Assembly: GCA_964291315.2 (NCBI GenBank) | Contig: OZ219753.1 | Span: 2,944,001-3,008,000, forward strand | Reading direction: 5' to 3' | DNA: 64,000 nucleotides | Source: Candidatus Poribacteria bacterium | GTDB lineage: Bacteria > Poribacteria > WGA-4E > WGA-3G | Shown: piece by piece, positions 38,942 through 48,197 of the stretch | How the letters are laid out: every line of letters begins with the position of its first letter | Position numbering within the stretch: the stretch's first letter is position 1 | Made by a program: the position numbers and the translations under genes | The notes under the pieces: generated by a model | Database searches by the model: none | What the model saw: the letters and a program-made list of their open reading frames with translations, nothing else | Told to the model about the DNA's origin: nothing

Positions 38942-40297
38942 ATGAAAACAGCAAAACTGATTACGATGGGTTGCAAGGTTAACCAATACGATACGCAATC
39001 TATGCGCGAGACGCTTCATCACAACGGATATATGCTCCTTGACGACGAGACGTTGGGGCAAGGGGCTGACCTCTACCTCATCAACACCTGCACCGTAACG
39101 AACGCCGCCGACCAGAAGGCACGGCAAGCGATTCGGAGGGCGATCCGCCGGCATCCGAACGCCAAAGTGCTTGTTACGGGCTGCTATGCTGAGAGCGACC
39201 GCGAAACGATTGAAGATATCCCCGGTGTAATGTTTGTTTTTGGTAATCGAGAAAAAGCTCATTTCCAGCGTTACCTCGACCTATTGCACGCTGAAACACA
39301 GGCTCCGCCTGTAGAGGCGAAACACGGTCCGAATTCACTCCTCAGCATAGAGCCCGTTCAGCACGACGCTATCCGCGAACACGCGCGTTTTAGCAAAGGT
39401 GTCAGCGATGCGGGTAAACGGACACGTGCACTCATCAAAGTGCAAGATGGGTGCAGTGCGTTCTGTACGTATTGCATCATCCCGTATGTGCGGGGCCGGA
39501 TGACGAGTCGCCCGCTCCATGACATCACAGACGAGGCACACCGTATCGCCGACAGCGGTATCAAGGAGGTCGTTATCACTGGCGTGCACCTGGGAGCCTA
39601 CGGCATGGATACCGGCAGAGACAGAGATATCGCTGACATCTTAGAGCATATTCACGAGGTTGAAGGAATCGAGCGAATTCGCTTTAGCTCCATTGAACCG
39701 ATGTATTTTCCGGATACCCTCGGTGAACGCATGGCGGCCCTCCCGAAATGCATGCCGCACTTCCATTTACCGCTCCAAGCCGGGTCGGATGAGATATTGC
39801 GGCAGATGCGGAGGCGTTACACAACCGCCCAATTTGCACATCTCGTCGAGAATCTACGTCGTGCGTTTGGCGAAGATGTCGGCATTACCACTGATATGAT
39901 GGTCGGGTTCCCCGGTGAAACGGAGGCACACTTTGAAGAATCGTGCCGATTTGTTGAAGATATCGGGTTCAGTCAACTCCATGTATTCCGTTATTCACCC
40001 CGAAAAGGCACGCCTGCAGCAACTTACGCTGAGCAGGTATTACCAAGCGTCTCTGCTGCACGTAGCCAAGCAATGCTGTCAATCGGTCAACGCCTTAACA
40101 GAGCATTTCGATGTCGGATGCTTGGGAAAAAGAAAGAGGTGCTCATCGAAGCAAGCAGAGAAGGGAAGAATAACCAGCTCGCCGGTTTTACGGACAATTA
40201 TCTTCGGGTGCTCGTGAATGCACCGGAGAGTGCAATCAATCAGATTCGAAGCGTCACTCTCGGTTCATTAGAAGGGGACTGCCTCTCTGCCACGTAA
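38942..40297 (+). CDS. mtaB: tRNA t6A37 methylthiotransferase
   Basis: GCKVNQYD, INTCTVT, KVQDGCSAFCTYCIIP, RIRFSSIEP, HVFRYSPRKGTPAA and GFTDNYLRV motifs. Confidence 0.93.
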   Translation: MKTAKLITMGCKVNQYDTQSMRETLHHNGYMLLDDETLGQGADLYLINTCTVTNAADQKARQAIRRAIRRHPNAKVLVTGCYAESDRETIEDIPGVMFVFGNREKAHFQRYLDLLHAETQAPPVEAKHGPNSLLSIEPVQHDAIREHARFSKGVSDAGKRTRALIKVQDGCSAFCTYCIIPYVRGRMTSRPLHDITDEAHRIADSGIKEVVITGVHLGAYGMDTGRDRDIADILEHIHEVEGIERIRFSSIEPMYFPDTLGERMAALPKCMPHFHLPLQAGSDEILRQMRRRYTTAQFAHLVENLRRAFGEDVGITTDMMVGFPGETEAHFEESCRFVEDIGFSQLHVFRYSPRKGTPAATYAEQVLPSVSAARSQAMLSIGQRLNRAFRCRMLGKKKEVLIEASREGKNNQLAGFTDNYLRVLVNAPESAINQIRSVTLGSLEGDCLSAT

Positions 40298-40300
40298 CCT

Positions 40301-42988
40301 TTAAGATTCCTCCGCCTTGGCCTTTAAATCATAGAGTATATTCACGGCATCTAAGGGCGTTATCTGTGCAAGCTCCAGTCGTTGAATTTCTTCGACGAGG
40401 GGGTGCGTCTTCGGTTTAAAGAGGGTCATCTGTAGCGAATCGCTTTGTATTGTTTTGCGTGAAACGCGGCGGCGCGGTTTCGGCATCGTGGGCTGTATTT
40501 TTCGAGGGTGGCCGGTGGCCCCATCTGCCTCGACACTGAGATTGTGCTGTTCAAGTGCCTCAAGTATCTGTTGTGCGCGTGTGATCACGGCTTGGGGCAA
40601 TCCGGCGAGGCGTGCAACGTGGATTCCGTAGCTCTGATCGGCACCGCCTGGTACAACTTTTCGGAGGAAGGTCACCTTCTGCCCGTCTTCATGAACAGCG
40701 ACGTTATAGTTCTTTACGCGTTTATATTTGCTGGCAAGTTCCACCAATTCATGATAGTGCGTCGCAAAGAGGGTTTTTGCGCCCATCCGCTTTTCATCTA
40801 TGAGATATTCCGAGACCGCCCACGCGATGCTGAGCCCGTCAAAGGTACTGGTCCCACGTCCAACTTCGTCGAAAATGACAAGGCTGTTCCGGGTGGCGTT
40901 GTTGAGGATATTCGCGGTCTCGTTCATCTCGACGAGGAAGGTACTCTGTCCCATGACGAGGTTGTCTGATGCTCCGACTCTTGTGAAAATGCGGTCTACG
41001 AGTCCGATTTTCGCGGCAGCAGCAGGCACAAAGCACCCCACTTGTGCCATTAGAACGATGAGCGCGGTCTGTCGGAGATAGGTACTTTTACCGCTCATAT
41101 TTGGTCCTGTGATGATGTGTAGTTGCTGTTCATCGCAGTTGAGTGTTGTATCATTAGGGACAAAACCTTCCTGCGTGAACAGCTGTTCTACTACAGGGTG
41201 TCTGCCGTCCCGGATAATAATCTCGTCCCCGGTTGTCACGGTCGGTTTGACGTAGCTGTATTTCGCTGCGACGTAGGCGAAATTAGCGAGGACATCCAGC
41301 ATTGCGATTGCCGCTGCGATTTTCTGAACGGCTTCTGTAAATTTCGCAGTTTCTTCGCGAATGCGACAGAAGAGCTCATACTCCAAGGTCTGTATGTGAT
41401 CTTCTGCGTTCAGTACCTTCGCCTCTTGTTCTTTGAGTTCAGGGGTGATGAACCGCTCGGAGTGCCGAAGCGTCTGTTTACGGATATAGTCGTCAGGCAC
41501 CATGTGCAGATTCGGTTTGGTCACGTCGATGTAATAACCGAAAACTTGATTGAATCCAATCTTCAAAGACTGAATTCCGCTTCGTTTGCGTTCTGCTTCT
41601 TGCATTGCTGCGATCCACTCTTTTCCTTGCCCGACGATCTGGCGAAGTTCGTCCAATTCCTCGCTATAGCCGTCGCGGATGACACCGCCTTCCCGGATGG
41701 TTGCAGGCGGTTCCGGGTGGATGCCGCGTTCAATTAGATCGACGAGTTCCGGAAGTGTGTCCAAGGTATCATTGAGGGCGTGCAGCATTGCGCACTTACA
41801 GTGCTGCAGGTGTTCTTTAACATCGGGGATTAGGCGGAGGGAGTCTTTGAGTGCATTCAGGTCTCGCCCGTTCACGGAGCCGAGGCTGATGCGAGAGATG
41901 AGTCGCTCGATATCATACATCTGCTTGAGTGCGTCGCGCAGTTCTTCTTGGAGGCCCACTTGGGTTTTAAGCTCGTGTACTGCGCTCAGCCGTTCTTCGA
42001 TTTCCTTTTCGTCAAGCAAGGGTTGCAACAGGCATTGTCGCGTTTTCCGTCCGCCCATTGCTGTCACCGTCTGATCAAGCACTTCAAGGAGCGTGCCTTT
42101 TGTAGAGCCGTCGCGGATAGAGGCAGTTAACTCAAGGTTACGTTGTGTATCGGCATCCAGCACCATAAAATCTGAGAGTGTGTAGGTGTGAAGCGATACG
42201 ATGTGTTCGACTTCCTGTTTTTGTGTCTCATTTAGGTAGTAGATGAGTGCGCCGGCGGCGGAGACGGCAGCCGGTAGGTGCTCACATCCGAACCCGTCGA
42301 GCGAGATTGTCTGGAAATGTTCAAGGAGTTCAGTACGGGCGGTATCCATTTCGAAACGCCAATCAGGCAAGTTATTGAGTGTCACTTTGAGGTCGGTCCT
42401 GAGTCGGTCAAACAGCTCCGGATCCTCAAATGCATCGGAGAAGAGGCATTCTTTCGGTGCAAAGCGGTGGATCTCTGACCAGAGACGCGCTGGATCTGTT
42501 AGCTGGGTCACAAGAAACTCGCCTGTTGAGATATCAGCGACAGCAAACCCGTGGGTGCTTTTGTCACAATAGATGGAGACGATGTAGTTGTTCATCTTAT
42601 GTTCAAGCACTTTCGGATCGGTCACGGTGCCGGGTGTAACGATTCGGACGACATCGCGTTTGACGAGGCGATTTTGGTCGCGGGCAAGTTTTGCATCTTC
42701 GGTCTGCTCCAAAATAGCGACTTTGTGCCCGGCTTTGACGAGTTTATAGAGGTAGGAGTCGAGGGCATGGTGTGGGATCCCCGCCATGGGTGGTGGTGCG
42801 GAATTCTGGCTTTTATGGCTTCTTGCGGTCAGGGCGATCTCAAGCACGCGGGCAATAAGCTCCGCGTCTTCAAAAAAGGCTTCATAGAAATCGCCGACGC
42901 GACAGAGCAGAATCGCGTCTCCATGCTGCTTTTTTACCTGCTTATAGAGTTCCATCAACGACAAGTCTGACTGTTTCGAACGGGACAT
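40301..42988 (-). CDS. mutS: DNA mismatch repair protein MutS
   Basis: GDFYEAFFEDA, TPGT, TGPNMSGKSTYLRQ, STFLVEM, DEVGRGTST and SYGIHVA motifs. Confidence 0.98.
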   Translation of the reverse strand: MSRSKQSDLSLMELYKQVKKQHGDAILLCRVGDFYEAFFEDAELIARVLEIALTARSHKSQNSAPPPMAGIPHHALDSYLYKLVKAGHKVAILEQTEDAKLARDQNRLVKRDVVRIVTPGTVTDPKVLEHKMNNYIVSIYCDKSTHGFAVADISTGEFLVTQLTDPARLWSEIHRFAPKECLFSDAFEDPELFDRLRTDLKVTLNNLPDWRFEMDTARTELLEHFQTISLDGFGCEHLPAAVSAAGALIYYLNETQKQEVEHIVSLHTYTLSDFMVLDADTQRNLELTASIRDGSTKGTLLEVLDQTVTAMGGRKTRQCLLQPLLDEKEIEERLSAVHELKTQVGLQEELRDALKQMYDIERLISRISLGSVNGRDLNALKDSLRLIPDVKEHLQHCKCAMLHALNDTLDTLPELVDLIERGIHPEPPATIREGGVIRDGYSEELDELRQIVGQGKEWIAAMQEAERKRSGIQSLKIGFNQVFGYYIDVTKPNLHMVPDDYIRKQTLRHSERFITPELKEQEAKVLNAEDHIQTLEYELFCRIREETAKFTEAVQKIAAAIAMLDVLANFAYVAAKYSYVKPTVTTGDEIIIRDGRHPVVEQLFTQEGFVPNDTTLNCDEQQLHIITGPNMSGKSTYLRQTALIVLMAQVGCFVPAAAAKIGLVDRIFTRVGASDNLVMGQSTFLVEMNETANILNNATRNSLVIFDEVGRGTSTFDGLSIAWAVSEYLIDEKRMGAKTLFATHYHELVELASKYKRVKNYNVAVHEDGQKVTFLRKVVPGGADQSYGIHVARLAGLPQAVITRAQQILEALEQHNLSVEADGATGHPRKIQPTMPKPRRRVSRKTIQSDSLQMTLFKPKTHPLVEEIQRLELAQITPLDAVNILYDLKAKAEES

Positions 42989-43226
42989 ACGGTTTTCCTT
43001 GCTACGCTGCGCGTGGTTGTCTGTTATACGAGAAGATAATTTTTAATACCGTAGCACAATCTGTATTATATGTCAAATGTATTTTGGTTTTTGATGTTCT
43101 CGGCAAAAAATTAAAGGTGCGATCAGACCATTAGCAGCAAGGAAAGTTAGGGATGCCCATTTGACAAAGAATCTGACAAAGAAGCGGGATTAGAAAAAAC
43201 AGAGAGAAAGGACGGGTATGGAAATA

Positions 43227-46202
43227 TTACCGTTTAGAAGCAAGCAGCTTCTCTAATTCTTGTCCGAGCAGTTGTGGATCTCGACAGACAAAGAACTCCC
43301 ATCTCCCCAGCTCGCCCCAATGGTTGACAGCCGACACCCATCGCTTGGCGGCAGTGTGTTTGGCTTGGGCCTGTTCGGGTTCAAAGCCTTTGATTTCCAG
43401 AACAAGACGCAGCCCGTTTCTGAGATTGACGATGAAATCAGGTTCATAAAAACGGGACCCACCGGCGTGCTCGTAAGGGATACCGAGACCGAGGTGATCG
43501 TTGCGAACGTAGCATTCTACGATTTCGGACTCCTCCAACCGGAATGTGGCAGCGCGTTCCCAGGTATCCGTATCCAGCACGACCTGATTCACATGACTGC
43601 GTTGTGCCTGCGTACACGGGCGTGATGTAAGAAAATCCACATCAGCAGACGTGCCGATAGGTGCATAACGATTCAGGATAGGCAGGAGCGGGATTTCACC
43701 CTTCGTCTCATCGGGTTGTATTGCGCTCATGAGACGTTCTACGATAGCTGCAACGTACTTCTCTTGTCCGAGTTCACGCGGGTCGCATCCGCGGAAATTC
43801 ACCTTCGTTTTGACATAGGCATCAACGAACTTAAAAACCTGCGGGAAGAGACGGTGTCGGGAGAGCCATCGGAGTCTCGGATGGCTTTTCGGGTCTGGAG
43901 CGGTTTGGCTATCCCCCACCAATTTACAGACAATTCGGTGTGCGATTTGAAATTTGATGGCTTGGAGGTGTATACTGTCGTAATAGGCTTGCCGGTCTTG
44001 GCGTTCTGCGACACCCGGCCCTGACGTAGTAGGGGCACCGGTTTCATATCCAACCGAGGGTTTGACATATAGGGCAGTCGGGTTAAGCTCGGGTTGGATG
44101 TGCAACGGTTCCGTAGATTCGATATCGGCCTTGATCTCGTTTTTTTCGAGAGCGAAGGCGTATCCTTCAACAATTGGAAATCGGATTTCAAGATGTTTAC
44201 GGTCGGAGAGGGCTCGGACGTGATTTTTGGGCTTGTCGTCCGGGACACGCGCGTTCGTGGCTCTACCTTTAAACGGTATCACTGAAAAGGGGATGCCGTA
44301 GACATCGACGTACTCCTCGGTAAGGAGTCCCGTTTCTGGGTCGGGGGTGTAGCTCATCCGGCGTAACCCGCGTCCGACAACCTGTTCACAGAGCAGTTGG
44401 CTGGTGAAAGCGCGGAGTCCGAGGATATGTGTAACGTTATTGGCATCCCAGCCTTCATTGAGCATTGCAACGGAGACGACGCATCGGATCTGTTCGCCGG
44501 GGTGGCCGGGTTTCCCGATTGTAGCGACGATTTGGCGTAGGTCTTGGGCAGCTTGGCTGCGGTTTCTATTTGGGTCCTCGCTTTCTGCCGCTGCCAACAT
44601 TTTGCTATCAATGCGTAGGGTTCGTTTCACTGTCTCGCTGTTTGAAAGGAGTTCTGGAAAAATTGTTCCTTGCTGATAGACTGTTTTTGTCCCTTTCTTT
44701 TTTCGCCGGTTGCGACTGTTCCCGTTTTCATCAACGGCTTCGACGGTTCGTTCTCCGGAAATCCGTTGATAAAAATACGCTGCGATGTTGGTATCCGCAC
44801 AGACGACGATTAAGACAGGCGGTGTCTTCTCTTGTGCGTCTGATGCGTCTTGGATGTATTCGAATCGTTCTTTCCACTGGCTGGCAAGGGTGATGAGTGC
44901 GGTTTCCGCCTCGCGGTAGATGGTTTCTGGAGTTGAGGCTTCGCCTGCGGCTCGGAGCCCGTCTCCAATTGTTTTCCACAGTCGGAAGAACTTTGGTTCG
45001 GGTCTGCCGGTGGTGTCGCTGACTGGGATTCGCGGTATCTTGGTGATACCGCTCTCAATAGCGTCCACTAGACCGAAGTCGCTGACGAGCCAGGGAAAGG
45101 GTACCCCCTCGGGATATCCGCTTCCGTGGATGTAGAAGGGTGTAGCGGAGAGATCAACACAGAATTTCACACCACACGCGCGGTTGAACGTGTCTAATCC
45201 TCTGACCCAGACAGTGGCATCCTGCCGTTCCTTCTTTTCCGCAGCGGAGAGGCGTTCATCAGTCTCTGCGGGGCGGTAGGCGTGATGTCCCTCGTCGTTG
45301 AGCACCATAATCGGTGCCCGGTCGTAGAGTTCTCCTAAGATGCGCTTCGCAAAAGCGTCCGGTGTTTCCTCGCCCTTATTGACAACTGTATAGGTTTGGC
45401 CGCCTTCGGCATGTGCCGATTCGAGTGTGAATTGATGCCAATTGGTGACGAGTACTTTTCCGGTATTGAGGAGGGCTCGGAGTTTGGTCGGGATGAGTTC
45501 AAATGCGTCGTAGTAATTATTGTCGGCTTCGGGGCGCAAAACCTTAAGTCGTTCTTTGATAGTGAGGTTTGGACAGACGACGAGCGCTGCGTGCGGGAAA
45601 CGTTCATCCGAGGTGACTTTGCCGCGGTTGCAAAACGCCCAGGCGATGAGCATCGCCATCACGACAGTTTTGCCGCTGCCGGTTGCCATTTTGCATCCGT
45701 AACGGATAAGTGCTGGAATGTCCGGTGCGTTGTTGGGTGTATCTACCAGGGTAGCGAGATTTTCATCGGTGAATTGCGGTGTGAAGCCGATTCGTTTTCC
45801 GCCTTGCCGTATTTCAGCGAGGTAGATGATTGTTTCGACGGCTTCTCGTTGGCAGAAAAAGAGTCGTCTTAGCAGGTCTTCGCGCGCCCAATGTCGGAGG
45901 AGTTCGCGGGTGATGGGTGTGGCGTTTCGGTAGTTTGTTTCCCGCCAGCGTTCTACATCTGCGCGGAGTGCGTTGACGAGGGGCAGGTCGTCCCACTCTT
46001 CTTCTCGAAACATTTGGAGCTGTTCGCTGCCGGTGCGCTGCGTCTTGTACCAGTAGCCTGCGTCGCGCCGTCCGGACTGTTTGACGGCTTCGCCGGTGAG
46101 GGTATCGTAAATCCAGTGTGCGGTCGGTTTTTCGTACGGGCTGCACAGAATGGGTTGCTCTACAGGTTGGATCGGGATGTCGGATTGGTTTTGGCTGCGT
46201 AT
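43227..46202 (-). CDS. res: Type III-like restriction endonuclease/helicase subunit (BPTD_3080-like), apparent ATA start
   Basis: MATGSGKT, NDEGHH, EGWD, EQVVGRGLRR and C-terminal YEPDF...LEIKG; frame extends 63 codons upstream of ATG 46013 through PILCSPYEKPTAHW to ATA 46202 after RBS gagg. Confidence 0.88.
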   Translation of the reverse strand: MRSQNQSDIPIQPVEQPILCSPYEKPTAHWIYDTLTGEAVKQSGRRDAGYWYKTQRTGSEQLQMFREEEWDDLPLVNALRADVERWRETNYRNATPITRELLRHWAREDLLRRLFFCQREAVETIIYLAEIRQGGKRIGFTPQFTDENLATLVDTPNNAPDIPALIRYGCKMATGSGKTVVMAMLIAWAFCNRGKVTSDERFPHAALVVCPNLTIKERLKVLRPEADNNYYDAFELIPTKLRALLNTGKVLVTNWHQFTLESAHAEGGQTYTVVNKGEETPDAFAKRILGELYDRAPIMVLNDEGHHAYRPAETDERLSAAEKKERQDATVWVRGLDTFNRACGVKFCVDLSATPFYIHGSGYPEGVPFPWLVSDFGLVDAIESGITKIPRIPVSDTTGRPEPKFFRLWKTIGDGLRAAGEASTPETIYREAETALITLASQWKERFEYIQDASDAQEKTPPVLIVVCADTNIAAYFYQRISGERTVEAVDENGNSRNRRKKKGTKTVYQQGTIFPELLSNSETVKRTLRIDSKMLAAAESEDPNRNRSQAAQDLRQIVATIGKPGHPGEQIRCVVSVAMLNEGWDANNVTHILGLRAFTSQLLCEQVVGRGLRRMSYTPDPETGLLTEEYVDVYGIPFSVIPFKGRATNARVPDDKPKNHVRALSDRKHLEIRFPIVEGYAFALEKNEIKADIESTEPLHIQPELNPTALYVKPSVGYETGAPTTSGPGVAERQDRQAYYDSIHLQAIKFQIAHRIVCKLVGDSQTAPDPKSHPRLRWLSRHRLFPQVFKFVDAYVKTKVNFRGCDPRELGQEKYVAAIVERLMSAIQPDETKGEIPLLPILNRYAPIGTSADVDFLTSRPCTQAQRSHVNQVVLDTDTWERAATFRLEESEIVECYVRNDHLGLGIPYEHAGGSRFYEPDFIVNLRNGLRLVLEIKGFEPEQAQAKHTAAKRWVSAVNHWGELGRWEFFVCRDPQLLGQELEKLLASKR

Positions 46203-46347
46203 GTTAGTAACCTCTTTTTGCGCTTTCCAATCACTTACAAATTTGGGTTCTGTTCGCTTTCAAACTTATACCATTATCTCAATAAAGCGGCGCACTCCGG
46301 CTAAATACAACTTTTGTCTCTTACTAACACAGCTTCGCGGCTATATC

Positions 46348-46611
46348 CTACTTTGGAGAAATATTATTGTCATCTGCCCCATCTTCAAGTTTTCTCCTGG
46401 CCTGACGTGCCTCGAATTCCTTTTTGAAACTTGACAACTTCTTGCAACATGCACATTTCTTCTGAGCACGCAAACGTGCTGGTTCGGATTTAACCGATAT
46501 GCTGCTTTCTGACCTAGTTCCGTGTGCAGCAAGATACAATAAAATTACACAAGCGGCCAATATCGATACGACTAAATAGAATCTTCCGTGATTTTGAAAT
46601 AGTCTCTTCAT
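46348..46611 (-). CDS. Small single-TM protein with CxCC motif
   Basis: ATG 46611 after agggga; TM FYLVVSILAACVILLYLAA; KKCACCKK. Confidence 0.6.
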   Translation of the reverse strand: MKRLFQNHGRFYLVVSILAACVILLYLAAHGTRSESSISVKSEPARLRAQKKCACCKKLSSFKKEFEARQARRKLEDGADDNNISPK

Positions 46612-46622
46612 AGTTCCCCTAA

Positions 46623-47201
46623 TCAAGACCCGTTTTCCGAGATCTCATATTCAATTTTACAATCAGTTAATTCACGACCGTTTGCTACTAATTCGGCACC
46701 CAATTCGTTCCAAAAACGAATATCTGCTTCAAGTTCTGCAATATGTGCCTTTGTAGTAAGTTTAAGATCTTTTATCATTTCCAACTTAAGATTTAGCAGC
46801 TGCAGCATATCAGGTATAGTTGTTTCACCTGCCATGTCCATTCTAGCACTTATTCTGGCAATTTTTTCGGCTAAAGGATGCCCGTAATACATCCAGTTAT
46901 AATATTCTATATAGGCTTTTAGTGCCTCGTTTGGACGTGTTTCTCGCAGTTTTATATACTTTTTTCGTGCTGCTCTGGATTTCTTCCAGCGTGTGCTCCG
47001 ATCAGCAAATTCATATAATTCCTGTTGTGTTGAGAATTCTTCATCAGCCGAAGTTTTTTCGACAGTTGAGAATTCTTCATCAGCCGAACTTTTTTCGACA
47101 AAGGTATGTTCTACACCCCCATCGTCTCGACCGCAGCCTATCTGCGATATCAAAACACTACAAATTGACATAACGAGTAAGGAAATTTTTGTCCAACGCA
47201 T
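46623..47201 (-). CDS. Hypothetical lipoprotein, paralog A
   Basis: Signal ending QIGC; RBS aggag; shares RWKKSRAARK..AYIEY.NWM.YGHPLA..MDMAG..IPDML with 47213-47743. Confidence 0.75.
   Translation of the reverse strand: MRWTKISLLVMSICSVLISQIGCGRDDGGVEHTFVEKSSADEEFSTVEKTSADEEFSTQQELYEFADRSTRWKKSRAARKKYIKLRETRPNEALKAYIEYYNWMYYGHPLAEKIARISARMDMAGETTIPDMLQLLNLKLEMIKDLKLTTKAHIAELEADIRFWNELGAELVANGRELTDCKIEYEISENGS
47029..47100. repeat. 36-bp tandem duplication inside lipoprotein A
   Basis: gttgagaattcttcatcagccgaa(g/c)ttttttcgaca twice with one mismatch; encodes VEKSSADEEFST/VEKTSADEEFST. Confidence 0.9.
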
Positions 47202-47212
47202 TATTGATTCTC

Positions 47213-47743
47213 CTAATCAATGCCTTCGCCGATTTCATACTGGATCTCAAAATCAGCTGGGTCTTCACCGTGACTTTTTAGGTCTTCGGCAAGTTCAGTC
47301 CAAAAAAGAATATTTTCCTCAAGTTCCTCAATATGTTTCTTGCGGCTTTGAAGATCATGCTCCATTTCCAATTCAAAATTCAAGAGCTTGAGCATATCAG
47401 GTATATTTGTTTTCCCTGCCATATCCATTTTAGCACTCAGTTTTGCGATTTCTGTTGCTAAGGGATGCCCATAATGCATCCAATTACGATATTCAATATA
47501 TGCATTCAAAGCGGCATCTGGATATTTATCTCGCAATCTCATATACCTTTTGCGTGCTGCCCTAGACTTTTTCCAGCGAATCTCATGATCAGCAGTTTCA
47601 TAGCGTTTTTGTTTCGTTAGCACTTCTGCATCGGCTATGTTTTGTTCAATGAGTGCCTCTTCCACGTCATCTGAACATCCTATTTGGCATCCGATAACAC
47701 AGCAAATTAATAGTGCTAACAAATACATCTTAGTCGATTGCAT
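47213..47743 (-). CDS. Hypothetical lipoprotein, paralog B
   Basis: Signal ending QIGC; colinear similarity to paralog A through the C-terminal I.YEI.E. Confidence 0.75.
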   Translation of the reverse strand: MQSTKMYLLALLICCVIGCQIGCSDDVEEALIEQNIADAEVLTKQKRYETADHEIRWKKSRAARKRYMRLRDKYPDAALNAYIEYRNWMHYGHPLATEIAKLSAKMDMAGKTNIPDMLKLLNFELEMEHDLQSRKKHIEELEENILFWTELAEDLKSHGEDPADFEIQYEIGEGID

Positions 47744-47807
47744 ACTCAGTTATCCTATTAATGCCGCCAACCCTTTCAAGTTGGCGGCGGCCAGGTTCCG
47801 TTACCAA

Positions 47808-47981
47808 TTAATCACAAGCATTGTTATGATAAAATGGATTCCAATGCCATACTGTATCACACACTGTTTTTGTTGCTATTCGGTATTCTGATTTTATCGA
47901 ACCCCAGGTTGTCCCTCCATAAGGGCCATCGTAAAATTCTACCTCAACAGTCCTGCAGTAGAAATTATCGACAATTTCCAA
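47808..47981 (-). CDS. Candidate 57-aa Cys/Trp/His-rich peptide, not in the ORF track (start uncertain)
   Basis: From TTG: (M)EIVDNFYCRTVEVEFYDGPYGGTTWGSIKSEYRIATKTVCDTVWHWNPFYHNNACD*; frame open to 48056; followed by gccgccaac/gttggcggc hairpin (47763-47788). Confidence 0.4.
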   Translation of the reverse strand: MEIVDNFYCRTVEVEFYDGPYGGTTWGSIKSEYRIATKTVCDTVWHWNPFYHNNACD

Positions 47982-48087
47982 AAATAGGCATATACTTAAG
48001 GCGAGAGTTTTAGGTGAAGTAATAAATGGATGGATTAGAGGACCCTCATAACACTCTTAATCCATACATATTCAAGTATCAATGAAT

Positions 48088-48116
48088 ATAATAACATAGA
48101 CCGTAAAAAAAGTCAA
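48088..48116 (-). promoter_or_regulatory. Probable promoter for the cassette inserted between mod and res
   Basis: Minus strand reads TTGACT-17 nt-TATTAT. Confidence 0.45.
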
Positions 48117-48197
48117 GAAAAAAATCGCACTAATAGTCTCCTCTTCGAGATCCTAAAAACCGGGCACAAAACCCCTACTGAAAAAAAAGTTTCTTTT

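Noticed and set aside
42990-43226. attR-like copy of the tRNA-Asn 3' end bounding the R-M island
   Set aside because: No match to the tRNA 3' sequence was found by eye between mutS and res, so site-specific integration is unsupported
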